Shown piece after piece: positions 1 through 9,392 of a stretch of 64,000 nucleotides of DNA (its first letter is position 1; each line of letters begins with the position of its first letter). The translations under genes and the position numbers were made by a program. A model generated the notes under the pieces. The model was not told where the DNA came from. It was given only the letters and a program-made list of their open reading frames with translations, and searched no databases. The stretch is taken from NCBI GenBank assembly GCA_963705165.1, contig CAVPJD010000024.1:128001-192000 (forward strand). Reading direction: 5' to 3'. The DNA comes from an uncultured delta proteobacterium (lineage in GTDB: Bacteria; Desulfobacterota; Syntrophia; Syntrophales; UBA2192).

Positions 1-2
1 TT

Positions 3-359
3 GCGGGCATTGTCGCCAGGCCGACTCCTGAATTGCGCGAGCTGCAACAGGACTTGATTGATGCCGTGGCCCCGTTCACTTTGGCAACCGGACTCTCGGA
101 TGCCTTCGCCACGACACCGGATGATCCCGTCATCGACCCGCTTCTGATCGACTACGTTTCGACGTTTGTGCCGAAATCATCCGGCGAGCATTTCGATCCG
201 CACGTCACCACGGGCGTTGCGCCCCGTGATTACCTCGACAAGATGCTCGCTGAACCGTTTGAGTCGTTCACATTCTCGCCGGCAGGCGCAGCCGTCTACC
301 AGCTGGGCCAGTTCGGCACCGCTGCGAAGAAACTCCATGAATGGGGCTTGAAGCGCTGA
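3..359 (+). CDS. Hypothetical protein, 5'-truncated by the window edge; possible 2H-phosphoesterase-like fold
   Basis: Frame is open from the window start (AGIVARPTPELRELQQ...) and contains one HxT motif (PHVTTG). Confidence 0.55.
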   Translation, partial: AGIVARPTPELRELQQDLIDAVAPFTLATGLSDAFATTPDDPVIDPLLIDYVSTFVPKSSGEHFDPHVTTGVAPRDYLDKMLAEPFESFTFSPAGAAVYQLGQFGTAAKKLHEWGLKR

Positions 360-695
360 GGCATGGTACAGCGACCGCTTCAGCGCAATCGAAGGGCCGC
401 TTCCCGGAAGGTCGATAGGCGGACGAGGGTCAACGGTGCTTGGCTCGTTTACCCGCGCCTTGTCGATGCGCTCCGAGGTTCAAGACAGGCCACGAAGCTT
501 CTAACAAGGAAGGGATCGCCGTCCTCAAGTCCCTTTGCAAGCATGCTTGCGGGTTTTCTGGCACACCCCCGGCGTGTCCCTCCTTGACGATATCAAACCG
601 ATATGCGAAAATATTCAACTGGCGCCGTTCGAATGCGGAACACTTGACGACCGGATCGGGGGCGCATTCGAAGACAAAGGGCCAAGACAACCCGT

Positions 696-2423
696 ATGGA
701 ACAGCTTCTGACCGCGGCACGGCGCCTGAAGCCCGAGCGCCGTCATCTCTTGTCCGATTCGATCGCCGGGCTCACCTTTGCCGTGGTCAACGTGCCACAG
801 GCGATGGCGCACGCGCTGCTGGCGACGGTCAATCCGATCATCGGCATCTACACGTTGATGGTCGCCGTGCCCATCGGAGCCATCTTCACCAGCTCCGTCT
901 ACATGAACGTGTCCAGCACCGCCGCGCTGTCGGTGGCCGCCGGCGCCGTGCTGGCAGACATCCCTGCCGGCCAGAAGCTGGAGGCGCTGGCCGTGCTGGT
1001 GCTGCTGGCGGGCGTGATCCAGCTGCTGATGGGCTTGTTCCGGCTGGGTTTCCTGATCCGTTTCGTCTCTGGCGCGGTGATGACCGGCTTTCTCAACGGA
1101 GTGGCCGTGCTGATCATCCTGGGCCAGTTGAGCGACCTGACGGGCTACAAGAGCGCATTCTCCAACCGGGTCGCCCAGGCGTTCGATCTTCTCCTGCGGA
1201 TCGGCCAGATCGACGTGCAGGCGACGACCATCGGCGGGGTGACGCTGGGCCTGATGGTGCTGCTGCTGCTCACGCCGCTGCGGCGGTTTGCCTTCATCCT
1301 CTCCATTGCCGCGGCGACCATCCTGCTGGCTCTCCTGAACCTCCCGGCCCTGCCCGCAGCCGTCTCCTTCGCCACGGTCCCAACGGTCGGCGACATCGCC
1401 GCGATTCCGCGTTCCCTGCCCGGACTCGCGCTTCCCCGGCCGTCGCTTTTCCTGTCGCTGCTGCTGCCGGCCTTCTCCGTGGCCCTCATCGGCCTGATCC
1501 AGGGCGCAGGCGTCAGCCAGGGCACCCCCAACCCCGACGGTAAGTACCCTGACGTGTCGCGCGACTTTCTGGGCCAGGGAGCCGCCAACATCGCCACCGG
1601 TTTTGTCGGCGGGGTCCCGGCCGGCGGGTCGATCTCGGGCACGGCGCTGATCCAGGGCGCCGGCGCCAAATCGCGCTGGACCAATATCTTCGCCGGGCTG
1701 TTCGTGGCCGTCGTCGTGCTGCTGGCCGCGCCGCTGGTCGAGCGGGTGCCCATGCCCGCGCTGGCCGCATTGCTCATCGTGGCCGGTTTCCAGGGCCTGC
1801 GCGTCCCACAGGCGGTGATGGCCTGGAAGACCGGCAGGGTCCCGACGGTGGTCATGATCGTCACGTTTGCTGCCACGTTGCTCGTTTCGCTGCAATATGC
1901 GATCTTGTTCGGCATGACCCTCAGCATTGTGCTCTACGTCTTTCACCAGTCGAACAAAGTCGTCGTGACCCAGTGGGTGCTGCAGCCGGAAGGGTTTCCG
2001 CTGGAACAGCCGGCGCCCAGGCGGTTGCCCGGCCGCCGGTTCACCCTCCTGAACGTCTACGGCAGCCTGTTTTTCGCCGCCGCCAAGAACCTGGAAGAGA
2101 TGCTGCCGGAGGTCGGCGACGCCGGCCACGCCGTGGTCGCCATCATCCTGCGCGGCAGAAGCGAGATCGGGAGCACGTTCGTGACCGTGCTGCAGCGCTA
2201 TGCCCAGGTCCTGCTGGACCGTGACAGCAAGCTGATGCTGGTCGGTGTCGATCCGGCCGTGCGCGATCAGCTCGCCCGGACGGGGGTGCTCAAGCTGATT
2301 GGAGAGGAGAACGTCTTTGTGGCCACGCCGCAGATCGGCGAGGCCCTGAACCAGGCTGTGGCTGCAGCCACGACCTGGCTTGGCCAGACCCCGGCGGACA
2401 AAGGGGGAAAAAACGATGAGTGA
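696..2423 (+). CDS. SulP/SLC26 family anion transporter with C-terminal STAS domain
   Basis: AGLTFAVVNVPQAMAHALLA N-terminal signature, many transmembrane segments, GSLFFAAA STAS motif. Confidence 0.92.
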   Translation: MEQLLTAARRLKPERRHLLSDSIAGLTFAVVNVPQAMAHALLATVNPIIGIYTLMVAVPIGAIFTSSVYMNVSSTAALSVAAGAVLADIPAGQKLEALAVLVLLAGVIQLLMGLFRLGFLIRFVSGAVMTGFLNGVAVLIILGQLSDLTGYKSAFSNRVAQAFDLLLRIGQIDVQATTIGGVTLGLMVLLLLTPLRRFAFILSIAAATILLALLNLPALPAAVSFATVPTVGDIAAIPRSLPGLALPRPSLFLSLLLPAFSVALIGLIQGAGVSQGTPNPDGKYPDVSRDFLGQGAANIATGFVGGVPAGGSISGTALIQGAGAKSRWTNIFAGLFVAVVVLLAAPLVERVPMPALAALLIVAGFQGLRVPQAVMAWKTGRVPTVVMIVTFAATLLVSLQYAILFGMTLSIVLYVFHQSNKVVVTQWVLQPEGFPLEQPAPRRLPGRRFTLLNVYGSLFFAAAKNLEEMLPEVGDAGHAVVAIILRGRSEIGSTFVTVLQRYAQVLLDRDSKLMLVGVDPAVRDQLARTGVLKLIGEENVFVATPQIGEALNQAVAAATTWLGQTPADKGGKNDE

Positions 2424-2859
2424 CCGGGAAGCCGGCAAACAACCCGAACGGTTCGAGGTTCGCGCAACGGCCGACAGTCATTTTGCCTGGGTGCGCACGC
2501 GGCTCGCCGTCGAACGCACGCTGATGGCCTACATGCGCACGGCCGTCTCGCTGATCGGATTCGGCTTCGCGATCGTCCAGTTCTTCGAACGCTTTCACAA
2601 TATGCCCGGGGCCGCTCCCGCCCGATATCCGGACGCCGCGTGGTACCTGGGGCTTACGCTGATCTTCTGCGGCGTCGTGGCGATGGTCATCTCGGTCTGG
2701 GAGTTCCGCTGGACGCTTCGTTACCTGTGGGGCGGAAGTTTCGCGAAGATCGCAGGCGTGACGGCGGAGGGAAGGCAAACCCCGCTTTACGCGGTTGCCA
2801 TCGCCCTGATCTTCGTCGGCATCTTTGCCTTTGTTGTTGTGCTGCTGCGTCTCGTATAG
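2416..2859 (+). CDS. DUF202/YidH family membrane protein (copy 1)
   Basis: RTRLAVERTLMAYMRTAVSLIGFGF motif; ATG overlaps the end of SulP. Confidence 0.85.
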   Translation: MSDREAGKQPERFEVRATADSHFAWVRTRLAVERTLMAYMRTAVSLIGFGFAIVQFFERFHNMPGAAPARYPDAAWYLGLTLIFCGVVAMVISVWEFRWTLRYLWGGSFAKIAGVTAEGRQTPLYAVAIALIFVGIFAFVVVLLRLV

Positions 2860-2929
2860 CGGTTCGCGCGGAGAAAACATCCACTGCTAAACTGATTTAA
2901 TAAGTCAAACCGATCAAAAGGAGGGTGAA

Positions 2930-4423
2930 ATGGCTAAACCAAACAAACCGAACATCCTGATCCTCTGGGGTGACGACATCGGCTGGTGGAACATCAGCTA
3001 CAACAGCCGCGGCCAGATGGGCTACCGCACGCCCAACATCGACCGCGTGGCCAACGAGGGCGTGGCCTTCACCGACTACTACGCCCAGCAGAGCTGCACG
3101 GCGGGCCGCGCCGCCTTCATCACCGGCCAGAACCCGATGCGCACGGGGCTGACCAAGGTGGGGATGCCCGGATCTGACATGGGGCTCAGGCCGGAAGACC
3201 CGACCATCGCCGAGTTGCTCAAGCCGCATGGCTACGCGACCGGCCAGTTCGGCAAGAACCACCTGGGCGACAAGGACGAATTTCTGCCGACCCTGCACGG
3301 CTTCGACGAGTTCTTCGGCAACCTCTACCACCTCAACGCCGAGGAAGAGCCCGAAGACCCGGACTACCCGAAGAACCCCGAGTTCAAGAAGCGGTTCGGC
3401 CCCCGGGGCGTTCTTCACTGCTGGGCCGACGGCAAGGGCGGGCAGAAGATCAAGGACACCGGGCCGCTGACGAAAAAGCGGATGGAAACCATCGATGACG
3501 AGGCGACGGAACACGCCCTCAACTTCATCGACAAGTCCCAGAAAGAAGGGAAGCCCTTCTTCGTCTGGTACAACACGACGGCCATGCACTTCCGCACTCA
3601 CATTGCCGATAAGCACAGGGGCAAGAGCGGGCAGGGGGACTACAATGACGTGATGGTCGCCCATGACGAGAATATCGGGAAGATGCTGGCGAAGCTCGAT
3701 GAGCTGGGCATCGCCGAAGACACCATCGTCATGTACTCCACGGACAACGGTGTGCACTACAACACCTGGCCGGACGGTGGCATCACGCCGTTCCGGTCCG
3801 AGAAGAACACCAACTGGGAGGGCGGCTGGCGCGTGCCGGCCTTCGTGCGCTGGCCGGGCAAGTTCAAGGCGGGCACGGTCGTCAACGGCATCGTCACCCA
3901 CCAGGACTGGCTGGCGACGTTCCTGGCGGCTGCCGGAGAGCCGGATATCAAGGAGAAGCTCCTGAAGGGCCACAAGATCGGCAACAAGACCTACAAGGTC
4001 CATATCGACGGCTTCAACATGCTGCCCTACCTGAGCGGCAAGGTGAAGGAGAGCCCCCGGGAGTTCTTCTTCTACATCAGCGACGACGGCGATATCATGG
4101 CGCTCCGGATGGGCGACTGGAAAGTGGTGCTGGCGGAGCAACGGGCGAAGGGGCTGATGTGCTGGGCCGAGCCGTTCGTGAAGCTGCGGATCCCGAAGAT
4201 GTTCCATCTGCGGCGCGACCCCTTCGAGCGGGCCGACGAGAACTCGAACACCTACTTTGACTGGATGATCTCCCACGCCTACATCATGTACATGATGCAG
4301 GGGATCGTGGCGCAGCAAATCGAGAACTTCAAGAAGTTTCCGCCGCGCCAGAAGCCGGCCTCGTTCAACCTGGACGCGGTGCTGCGGACACTGGAGGACG
4401 CGGGCGGCGGGGCAACCCACTGA
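2930..4423 (+). CDS. Arylsulfatase (Cys-type formylglycine-dependent sulfatase)
   Basis: PNILILWGDD, SCTAGRAAFITG (CxAxR) and GKNHLG motifs; AGGAGG RBS. Confidence 0.95.
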   Translation: MAKPNKPNILILWGDDIGWWNISYNSRGQMGYRTPNIDRVANEGVAFTDYYAQQSCTAGRAAFITGQNPMRTGLTKVGMPGSDMGLRPEDPTIAELLKPHGYATGQFGKNHLGDKDEFLPTLHGFDEFFGNLYHLNAEEEPEDPDYPKNPEFKKRFGPRGVLHCWADGKGGQKIKDTGPLTKKRMETIDDEATEHALNFIDKSQKEGKPFFVWYNTTAMHFRTHIADKHRGKSGQGDYNDVMVAHDENIGKMLAKLDELGIAEDTIVMYSTDNGVHYNTWPDGGITPFRSEKNTNWEGGWRVPAFVRWPGKFKAGTVVNGIVTHQDWLATFLAAAGEPDIKEKLLKGHKIGNKTYKVHIDGFNMLPYLSGKVKESPREFFFYISDDGDIMALRMGDWKVVLAEQRAKGLMCWAEPFVKLRIPKMFHLRRDPFERADENSNTYFDWMISHAYIMYMMQGIVAQQIENFKKFPPRQKPASFNLDAVLRTLEDAGGGATH

Positions 4424-4449
4424 CCTGTCGTCTCATCGATTGAACCGAA

Positions 4450-4487
4450 GGTGCCGTGCCCGACGCACGCGACGGGCACGGCACCCG
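4450..4487 (+). terminator. GC-rich hairpin downstream of the sulfatase
   Basis: GGTGCCGTGCCCG...CGGGCACGGCACC 13-bp inverted repeat; no clear U-tract. Confidence 0.45.
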
Positions 4488-4642
4488 TTGACCTGAGACG
4501 CGACAAGCTGTTCAAACGGTCTCGCCGTGCCGGCTGGATCATGGCCCGCTCGATTGTCTGAAGGGGTCCGGCGAGGATTTCATTGCGAGCCACGGACCTC
4601 ATTTTGGAATGGTTTATCGATGGAAGAAACACCCCTAATCTC

Positions 4643-4696
4643 GTAGGGCCCGATCCCCGATCGGGCTTGTTGGGCCGTTCGGGGAACGGCCCCTAC
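4643..4696. repeat. GTAG-type REP doublet (REPIN-like)
   Basis: GTAGGGCCCGATCCCCGATCGGGC followed by an inverted copy reading GTAGGGGCCGTTCCCCGAACGGCC on the minus strand; each unit is a palindrome. Confidence 0.7.
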
Positions 4697-4795
4697 ATCC
4701 TTCGACTACGGGTTGTGCTGCTTCTTAAGAGCCCCCTCACCGGTCGCCGCTGCCGTGAAACGGACCGGGCACAATGATCGGCACAGGAGGATTTC

Positions 4796-5167
4796 ATGAA
4801 GGAATGGCTGACCTTCATCGTCGAATACGCGGTCTTGATCATCCATGCGATGGCGCTGGTGATCATCATCATCGGGACGATCGAGGCTTTCCTCCGGAGC
4901 CTTTGCGCCGTCTTCAGCCCGTCGGCGGGCGGCCGCCCGTTTCGTGATGCCTATATGCGCTATGCGCGCTGGCTGGTGGGCGGGCTGACGTTCCAGCTTG
5001 CCGCGGACATCCTCGAAACTTCCATCGCGCCCACCTGGGATGAAATCGGGCGCGTCGGCGCTATCGCGGTGATTCGAACCTTTCTCAACTACTTCCTCGA
5101 GCGTGACCTGGCCGAGGTGGAGCGGCACGCTGCCGAGTCGCACGAGGCAGTCGATACGTCACCGTAA
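4796..5167 (+). CDS. DUF1622 family membrane protein
   Basis: GLTFQLAADILET...IRTFLNYFLERD motif; AGGAGG RBS. Confidence 0.85.
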   Translation: MKEWLTFIVEYAVLIIHAMALVIIIIGTIEAFLRSLCAVFSPSAGGRPFRDAYMRYARWLVGGLTFQLAADILETSIAPTWDEIGRVGAIAVIRTFLNYFLERDLAEVERHAAESHEAVDTSP

Positions 5168-5229
5168 AACTGTTGCTCCACCAGCCCTGCCGGGTTTCGA
5201 TGCGTTGTACAGGAGAAGGAGCCTGGACG

Positions 5230-5745
5230 ATGACAAAGACCGTATCGAAGACTAAAATTCTGCTGGCTCGATTGGTGGTCGCGCTGATGCTCGCCTTCAT
5301 CGTTCTGGGCGTGGTGTTGTACGGCGTATCGGCGGATGTTCTCGAGCGCATCTGGCAAAACATGCTCGATCGTACAGGCGGGCCGATGACCTTCCGTTTC
5401 TTCCTTCAGCCCATCATGGCGTCGATTGCCGCGCTGTTCGACGGCGTCAAGGACGCCCGGGCCGGGCGCTCTTACTATCTCTGGACGATTCTCACCGATC
5501 CGGCCAAGCGCGCCGACCGCCTGCACGAGGGGCTGATCTCCACCGCCCGGGTCATTCTCCTGGGGCTGTGCATGGACGTGATCTATCAATTCATCGAGTT
5601 CAAGACGTTCCACCCCGCCGAGGCGGTCATCATCGCGCTTCTGCTTGCCTTTGTCCCCTACGTGCTGCTGCGTGGCCCGATAGCGCGCATTGCGCGCTGG
5701 TGGCGCGGCAAAGGGCCTGCGAGAGAAAAGGTGAACCATGAGTGA
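5230..5745 (+). CDS. Conserved hypothetical membrane protein
   Basis: GPMTFRFFLQP motif, hydrophobic helices, GAAGGAG RBS, overlaps the next gene. Confidence 0.7.
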   Translation: MTKTVSKTKILLARLVVALMLAFIVLGVVLYGVSADVLERIWQNMLDRTGGPMTFRFFLQPIMASIAALFDGVKDARAGRSYYLWTILTDPAKRADRLHEGLISTARVILLGLCMDVIYQFIEFKTFHPAEAVIIALLLAFVPYVLLRGPIARIARWWRGKGPAREKVNHE

Positions 5746-6181
5746 CCAGAGCGCCGGCAAACAGCCCCATCGCTTCGACGTTGACGCGACGGCCAACAGC
5801 CATTTTGGCTGGGTGCGCACGCGGTTTGCCGTCGAACGCACGATGATGGCCTACATGCGCACGGCCGTCTCGCTGATCGGATTCGGCTTCGCGATATTCC
5901 AGTTCTTCGACGGCATTCACCGGATGCCCGGGGCCGCTCCCGCCCGCTTTCCGGACGCGGCGTGGTACCTGGGGCTTGCGCTGATCTTCTGCGGCGTCAT
6001 GGCGATGGTCATTTCGATTCGGGAGTTTCACTGGACGCTTCGCTACCTGTGGAGTGAGAATTTCGCGACGATTGCAGGCATGAGGGCGGAGCCAAAGCAG
6101 ACCCCTCTTTACGCGGTCGCCGTCGCCATCATCTGTGTCGGCACCTTCGCCTTCTTTGCCGTGCTGCTGCGTCTCGTGTAG
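5738..6181 (+). CDS. DUF202/YidH family membrane protein (copy 2)
   Basis: Same length (147 aa) and high DNA identity to 2416-2859. Confidence 0.85.
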   Translation: MSDQSAGKQPHRFDVDATANSHFGWVRTRFAVERTMMAYMRTAVSLIGFGFAIFQFFDGIHRMPGAAPARFPDAAWYLGLALIFCGVMAMVISIREFHWTLRYLWSENFATIAGMRAEPKQTPLYAVAVAIICVGTFAFFAVLLRLV

Positions 6182-6230
6182 CGGCTCGCGCGGAGAAAAC
6201 GCCAACTGCAACACCAATCAATTGCTCTCC

Positions 6231-7607
6231 CTAGCTCGTCTGTGAACCGGGCGGTCCCTGCCGTGTGACAGCGGATCGCGCCTGCGGTTCTGGCAGTGTC
6301 CTCGTGCCGGGACCGGCCTGTGGTCGCCCGTGACAGTCCGCGAACCCGCGGCCGCTGCCGCAGGGACAGGGATCGTGACCGTGAAGGCCCGCAAAGGCCC
6401 GATCCAGGAGCGGCATCACTTCCCTCGCATCGCGACCGCGCCGCATCAGGCCGGCCATGAGCTTCATCGGGAAGCCGACGTGGTGGAAGAACTCCTTGAA
6501 CCCGGCGCACAGGTAGTTGAGGCCCGGCTCGCCGTCCGGCGCCGGGATGAAGCGGTTCTTGGGGCACTCGCCGTGGCAGGCGAAGCGCACGTCGCACTCC
6601 AGGCAGCAGCGAGGCAGGCTGTCCCGCTTGTCCCGGCCGAATTTCAGCTGCCGGGGAGAGGCCACCATCTCGATCATGTGCTCGTTCCGGATGTTGCCCA
6701 GGAGGTGCTTCGGCTCGACGAAGTGGTCGCACGAGTAGAGGTCGCCGTTGTGCTCGAGGGCCGGACCCGCGCCGCAGGTCTCGTTGAAGACGCACATGCC
6801 GGACGTCCTCATGCCGAGCCAGTTGCGCAGCGTCGCCTCGAACGTCTGGACGAAGATGCGGCCCACGTCGCGCCGCACCCACTCGTCGAAGACGGCGCAC
6901 AGGAAGCGGCCGAACTGATCGGGCCCCACTGCGCGTTCGGAAACCCTCGTGCCCTCCTGGAGCAGGGTCAGCCCGTCGGCGCCGATGCGCTCCACCACCG
7001 GGATGAACTGCATCCAGGTTGCGCCGGCGTCGTCGCGCAGGAAGCGGTAGACCTCCAGCGGGTAGTCGGCGTTGACGCCGTTGACGGTGGTGAGCACATT
7101 GTGCTCGACGCCGTGCTTCTGCAGCAGCCGCAGTCCGCGCATCACCCTGTCAAAGGTCGGCCGGCCGCCCTTGTCCACGCGATAGACGTCGTGCACGTCG
7201 CGCGGCCCGTCGATGCTGATGCCGATCAGGAAGTCGTGCTGCTTGAAGAAGGCCGCCCACTCGTCGTCCAGCAGGGTGCCGTTGGTCTGGAGGGTGTGCA
7301 GATACTTCATGCCCGGGCGGCGGTATTTCTCGGCCAGCGCCATCGCGCGCCGGTAGAAATCGAGACCCATCAGGGTCGGCTCGCCCCCCTGCCACGCGAT
7401 GTTCACCGTGTCCGCCCGGTGCGACTCGACGAGCTGGCGGATGTAGAGCTCCAGCGTCGCGTCGCTCATGCGGAAGCGGCTGCCGGGATAGAGCGCCTCC
7501 TTGTCCAGGAAAAAGCAGTAGGCGCAATCGAGGTTGCAGGCGGCGCCCGTGGGCTTTGCCAGCAGGTGGAAGGCAGGCGGTGCGTTCTCGGGTCGCGGCG
7601 TCGGCAT
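6231..7607 (-). CDS. Anaerobic sulfatase maturase (radical SAM/SPASM) with C-terminal SEC-C motif
   Basis: KPTGAACNLDCAYC, WQGGEPTL, SPASM cysteines, DPCPCGSG. Confidence 0.93.
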   Translation of the reverse strand: MPTPRPENAPPAFHLLAKPTGAACNLDCAYCFFLDKEALYPGSRFRMSDATLELYIRQLVESHRADTVNIAWQGGEPTLMGLDFYRRAMALAEKYRRPGMKYLHTLQTNGTLLDDEWAAFFKQHDFLIGISIDGPRDVHDVYRVDKGGRPTFDRVMRGLRLLQKHGVEHNVLTTVNGVNADYPLEVYRFLRDDAGATWMQFIPVVERIGADGLTLLQEGTRVSERAVGPDQFGRFLCAVFDEWVRRDVGRIFVQTFEATLRNWLGMRTSGMCVFNETCGAGPALEHNGDLYSCDHFVEPKHLLGNIRNEHMIEMVASPRQLKFGRDKRDSLPRCCLECDVRFACHGECPKNRFIPAPDGEPGLNYLCAGFKEFFHHVGFPMKLMAGLMRRGRDAREVMPLLDRAFAGLHGHDPCPCGSGRGFADCHGRPQAGPGTRTLPEPQARSAVTRQGPPGSQTS

Positions 7608-7648
7608 GAGGCGGCCTTTTAGGTGTCTGCTCGGCCGGACTGCGCGGC

Positions 7649-8026
7649 TCAGGCGAGCGCCTTGGCCTTCAGTCGCGCGAACTCGTCCTGGCTGATGGCG
7701 CCGGCATCGAGAAGCGCCTTGGCCTCGGCAATCTGTTCCGCCGGCGACTTCCCGGCCACCCGTCTGATGTAGGCGTCGGTATCGGACTTCACCCGCTCCT
7801 GGGAGGCGCGCTGCCGCTCCGCCATGCCCCGGCCGCGGGCGATCACGTAGATGAACGCCGCAAACACCGGCACGACGATGAGCACGAGGATCCAGAGGGC
7901 CTTCGAGAACCCCCCGAGCTCGGAATCCCGGAAGAGGTCGGCGACGATCTGGAAGAGGATCATCAGGTACGCGATGAAAATGAAGGCCTCAAAGATCAAC
8001 ACGAAAATATCCCAGAAGTTGCTCAT
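7649..8026 (-). CDS. SHOCT domain membrane protein (PLDc N-terminal-like)
   Basis: DLFRD..GGFSKALW; C-terminal KALLDAGAISQDEFARLKAK. Confidence 0.85.
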   Translation of the reverse strand: MSNFWDIFVLIFEAFIFIAYLMILFQIVADLFRDSELGGFSKALWILVLIVVPVFAAFIYVIARGRGMAERQRASQERVKSDTDAYIRRVAGKSPAEQIAEAKALLDAGAISQDEFARLKAKALA

Positions 8027-8110
8027 GTGATTTCTCCTATGATTGGGGGGGTGAAAGATTGAAAGCCGATCGATGACGAGCGGTAAGACCGGACTATACG
8101 CTACGCCGCT

Positions 8111-8332
8111 TCAGGCAGCTCGTCTTGCGCCACGGATCCACGTCCGAAGCAGCGCAAGCAGGCATCCGCCCGTAAACATCCCCAGGATGTAGATTGCAAG
8201 AACCAGGATGGACAGCGGGAGGGTAACGCTGGCGGAAAAGAGAGAAACCGTTACGGTCTCAAGGTTCTGGAACTTGAACAGCAGGACGAGGGCCGTGAAA
8301 ACAACGATCAGCCCGATGTACAGGTACCTCAT
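8111..8332 (-). CDS. Small membrane protein, LapA/DUF1049-like
   Basis: Two transmembrane helices separated by FQNLETVTVSLF. Confidence 0.7.
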   Translation of the reverse strand: MRYLYIGLIVVFTALVLLFKFQNLETVTVSLFSASVTLPLSILVLAIYILGMFTGGCLLALLRTWIRGARRAA

Positions 8333-8504
8333 TTTGCCCCTCTCAAAGCTCTGAGATGATAGGTAACAGGTGACAGGAAATTGCGTTTAACCTAGTTTAT
8401 AGCTACCAAGATCACTGGAGGTTGTCAAGGAGCTTCCAAAGAGTAAGGATCCGGAAAAGATCTCGTGTCCCGTCCCTGTCTTTTCACCAGTCACTGGCCA
8501 CCGG

Positions 8505-9353
8505 TCACCATCCTGTGACCCAGCTCACGACGTACTCCAGCGTCCCCGCGTCGAATGCGGGCTTCGCCTCCTTCCAGCTTCCCGGGATCTTTAACTCCTG
8601 CGCCGCGAGTTCGAAGTGGCACAGGGCGATCCCCATGTCCACTTCCTGCAGGCGGATCTCGCCCAACATCTTGTCGTAGCCAGGCGTGCGCGCAAGGAAA
8701 AAGTGACCGGACGCCCCCTCGCGGATGATTCGCCAGGGCTGTCGGTTCGAGGCCGAGGGGCCTATCCGCACCGCTTCCAAGGCAGCCTCTAGGACGCCCG
8801 CGTTTTCCTTGGAAAGAGGATTGCCCGGCTGCTCGTCGAAGAAAAGCTCCTGCCAGGGCTTGCGCTTATCGGACTTCGCCATGAAGCGGAAAGCCCGGTC
8901 CGTCAGCGAGCGCTTCTGCGCCGGGTAGCCGACGGGGCTGATGGCGGGCATCAGTTCCTCCGCAGCAAGCCCGATCTTCCGGGCAAAGCCAGCCCGGTTG
9001 AGCGTGCCGCCCAGCCAGCAGGTCCCGAGGCCCAGCGTCGTGGCAAAGAGGATGTTCTTTTCCATGCCGTACCCGAAATCCTCCATGGCGCGGACGCCCC
9101 TCGTCACGGCGCCGGCGATGAAGAGGCCGGCCCCCTTGATCACCCCGTAGGTGCCGAGGGATTTCAGCTCCGCCCGTTCCGCTTCCGTGAGATCGACAAG
9201 CTCGAACCGCAGCGGGTTCCCGAAGGGCCCCCGGGTGTTCTCCCGAAAAAACGCCCGCAGCTTCTCCTTCATATTGTCGTCGAGGGACCTGCCGTCAAAG
9301 CTCCGGCAAGACACTCTTTTTTTTATCGTTTCGATGGGTGATGGAATGTCCAT
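8505..9353 (-). CDS. Nitroreductase family protein (tandem domain)
   Basis: IKKRVSCRSF, GLGTCWLGG, PSASNRQPW motifs. Confidence 0.88.
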   Translation of the reverse strand: MDIPSPIETIKKRVSCRSFDGRSLDDNMKEKLRAFFRENTRGPFGNPLRFELVDLTEAERAELKSLGTYGVIKGAGLFIAGAVTRGVRAMEDFGYGMEKNILFATTLGLGTCWLGGTLNRAGFARKIGLAAEELMPAISPVGYPAQKRSLTDRAFRFMAKSDKRKPWQELFFDEQPGNPLSKENAGVLEAALEAVRIGPSASNRQPWRIIREGASGHFFLARTPGYDKMLGEIRLQEVDMGIALCHFELAAQELKIPGSWKEAKPAFDAGTLEYVVSWVTGW

Positions 9354-9392
9354 AATCGCTCTTTATTCCTTTTCCCTTGGACCTGTCACCTG

